DNA of 64,000 bases from Camelus ferus (Eukaryota): positions 32,490,001 through 32,554,000 of the forward strand of contig NC_045697.1 in assembly GCF_009834535.1 (NCBI RefSeq), written 5' to 3'. Shown one piece after another: positions 61,471 to 64,000 of this stretch. Numbering within the stretch: position 1 is the first letter of the stretch; each line of letters starts with the position of its first letter. The notes below the pieces were generated by a model. That model was not told the DNA's origin. It was given only the letters and a program-made list of their open reading frames with translations, and made no database searches. A program made the position numbers and the translations under genes.

Positions 61471-64000
61471 AAAAATTTGTTCATAGGTTGTCACAACTTT
61501 TAAGTAGTCCATTTACACTAGAGTAAATGCTTTTGAAAGTTAGCACACTTATGTGGACTCACAGGGACCTTGTTAGAAACATCATTGTTCATGGGGAGCA
61601 GCTTGCTAAGTTTGCTTATCCTGGGTATTATATACTTGATTGCATTAATCAGGTAAGATTTTTCAAGTTCATAAGTTTATTTATTTATAATGGCAGAAAA
61701 TTGGGGAGAATTATATGTTTTGAGTTGGAACTTTACATACCCTACAAACAAAATTAGTTGAAAATGACAACTAACAGTGCAGATGAAATATTTTTCTTAC
61801 CTACACTGAGGACTACAGTAGGTTTTTTATGTTATTCACTCATCTTCATATTTTAGTAACTTATATAAGCACTTGCTATAGATGAGAGGATAATCTATTA
61901 TTTGACTGAGTCCTTCCTTTTTCTCAGGTTCTAAGAATCCTCTTCACTATCAAATATACTTATTTTTAATATCCTGGATTGACGGAGGATGCTGCTTTCT
62001 AGTTTCAGAGCTGATATTTTAAGTCTCTGCTTAAGCACTGGCCTAGAAATTCTTCTTAAATACAGAAATGATTTTCTTATCATGAATTCCCTTATGGAAA
62101 ATTCCATTATATGCAACTTGATTTCTGTATGTATTTTGAGAAATGTAATCATTTGTGTTCCAATATATTTGAAACATAAGTTGCTGTTGTAAATAATTTT
62201 CAAGTTTTGCGACTGAAACATAAGGAAATAACTAAATGAGAAAAGTTAAATATAAAACTAAGAAGTCTTGACAATAAAAATGGGAATTAAATGGGGTGGA
62301 GACATGTGTCATGGTTGCTGAGAAGAGGTGGAGGCATGTGAGAGAAAGTCACCCTGAGCCTTGGGCTTGAATTGTTGCCTCCTGTTGCCAAGTGGAAACC
62401 ACCATGTGCTTAGAATGAACCACTTACTCTGCGCTGGGACTAAAAATCTCCCTGGTTGTAGTTAAATTCTGTATCCTTGTGGAAATCGAGAATTGCTTAA
62501 TTAGATCTGCTGAAGTCGTTTAAACAAAGGATGCTAAGCATTTTCTTATATTCCCTGCATTTGAGTTTTCTGTGAACCAGAAGTTGAGCAGGGAGGTAGT
62601 TGTCAGCAATTCCAAGTGATAAGACTGGTGATTTTTCAAAATAATTAATTGAGACCCTCATATAACAGGCAAGCTTATCACAATGTGTCTGCAATGTTCC
62701 CAAGTATCCAGTTTTAGATTTATATCAGAACAAACAGGAATGCACTCATTGGGCTTAATTCCATTTATAAACGTAACATTTGAAAGCTAATGCTTTCTAA
62801 AAAGTTTGCACGACCTTGTTATTACGATTAAATTGTCTTTTGCTGACAATGTTTTTACCACAAGAATGTCAGAAGCATAGCGCAGTTTTGCTTAAGACCT
62901 AAATATTTATTGGTTTAAGGTGACATGACAGACACGTCAACATACTTTCAGGTTCAAGTTAGAGGTAGAGTCCTCAGTTGCTTACTACCAATACTGTTTT
63001 TCATTGAATCTGTACTCCCTAATATTTACTCTATTTTAGAATTTAGTTCTAACATCAGTGATATAAAAAACCATCCTACTAGATGGCAGTATAATTAATG
63101 ATAAAAGATAAGCAAGTTCATAACAAAATAGTCCCTTATTACCAAAAAAATATTTTCAAACTCAACTCAAACTCATGGCAATTACCAACTGAAAATCTGA
63201 ACTATAGTAACCCTGACTTACACAGCATTGCTCTTAGCAAAATCAACATCACGATGTGTTTTATTTCTTTATATGAGTAAACACTAGGCAGGTTTGTGCT
63301 GTTCTGAATTCTGCAGTGTTTTTATTTATATTGTCCTTATTTTTTATATTATGCTATTTATTCCTTTCCTGTTTCCCCCACTGACTCCACAAGTCATATA
63401 TTCTTACCTCGGGTGCCGTTTATTACACTGAATTTCAAGTGAGTCATTATACCTTCGCAAGTTTATATGCCTTTGCTCTGCTAGTTTCTATGAAGAAAGC
63501 TAAAATCAGTGATAGCTATTTGGACTTACCTATGCTCAGCTGTTAAGCATCCAGAAGTGAGAGTGTGAAATTCTGTAGCATAATGGATTGGATCTATTTC
63601 TGTTATTTCTCTAATTAGGGTATGTATGAGTGATGAGTAGAGGTAGTGTTTCACTGTTTTCAAAGCTTTGGTGAAGATCTTAGAATAGTTTCATTAGGTC
63701 CCTTTTCATAACACAAAGACCCCTACCTTAAGTATCTAAGCTCCAGCTTCGTTATCAGGGAGAATGTTTGCCTGGATCAATTAAAGAGGGGAGGTTAAAA
63801 TGGGAATTTTGGATGGAGCTAAACAACATTTGGGGGCACCGATAGGTGTCACTGCTGTGGATAAAATACACTGTATGATCTTTATACGAATGAGATATTG
63901 GCTAATGTAGATGCCTGGACGTGTATCTGGTATTTCTTTAAATGAGGACTGGAATTCTGCTCCCATTCAACTATTGATACTATTCTTTTGGATGAAGGCT

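Noticed and set aside
1..64000. CRISPR arrays, operons, CpG-island promoter, rRNA genes
   Set aside because: This is mammalian CpG-depleted DNA; I saw no spaced direct-repeat array, CpG island or rRNA similarity.

Overview
This is AT-rich, gene-poor mammalian genomic DNA (intergenic or deep intronic), almost certainly camelid. It carries two Vic-1-type tRNA-derived SINEs and no Alu, Bov or PRE-1 SINEs. I found no intact protein-coding gene: the ORF-track hits are chance ORFs or decayed LINE-1 ORF2 fragments. Much of the window is recognisable interspersed repeat: L1 of several ages, L2, L3/CR1, MIR, MaLR and ERVL LTRs, an ERV-L integrase/dUTPase relic and hAT MITEs. It also holds microsatellites, a U6 snRNA retrocopy and a probable mRNA 3'UTR retrocopy. 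The most unusual item is a ~290-bp insert (33997-34285, minus strand) inside an L1. It reads LTR R-U5, tRNA-His primer-binding site, short leader, A-rich tail, and is flanked by L1-type target-site duplications (TSDs), so it looks like a retroviral leader RNA copied by LINE-1 machinery. Other oddities are an L1 with a probable 3' transduction, a twin-primed L1 with a ~170-bp purine tail, a SINE with fused A/B boxes, a miR-1302-like hairpin and two dense transcription-factor motif clusters. Repeat family and gene names come from recalled consensus similarity, not a database search, and boundaries of old repeats are approximate.
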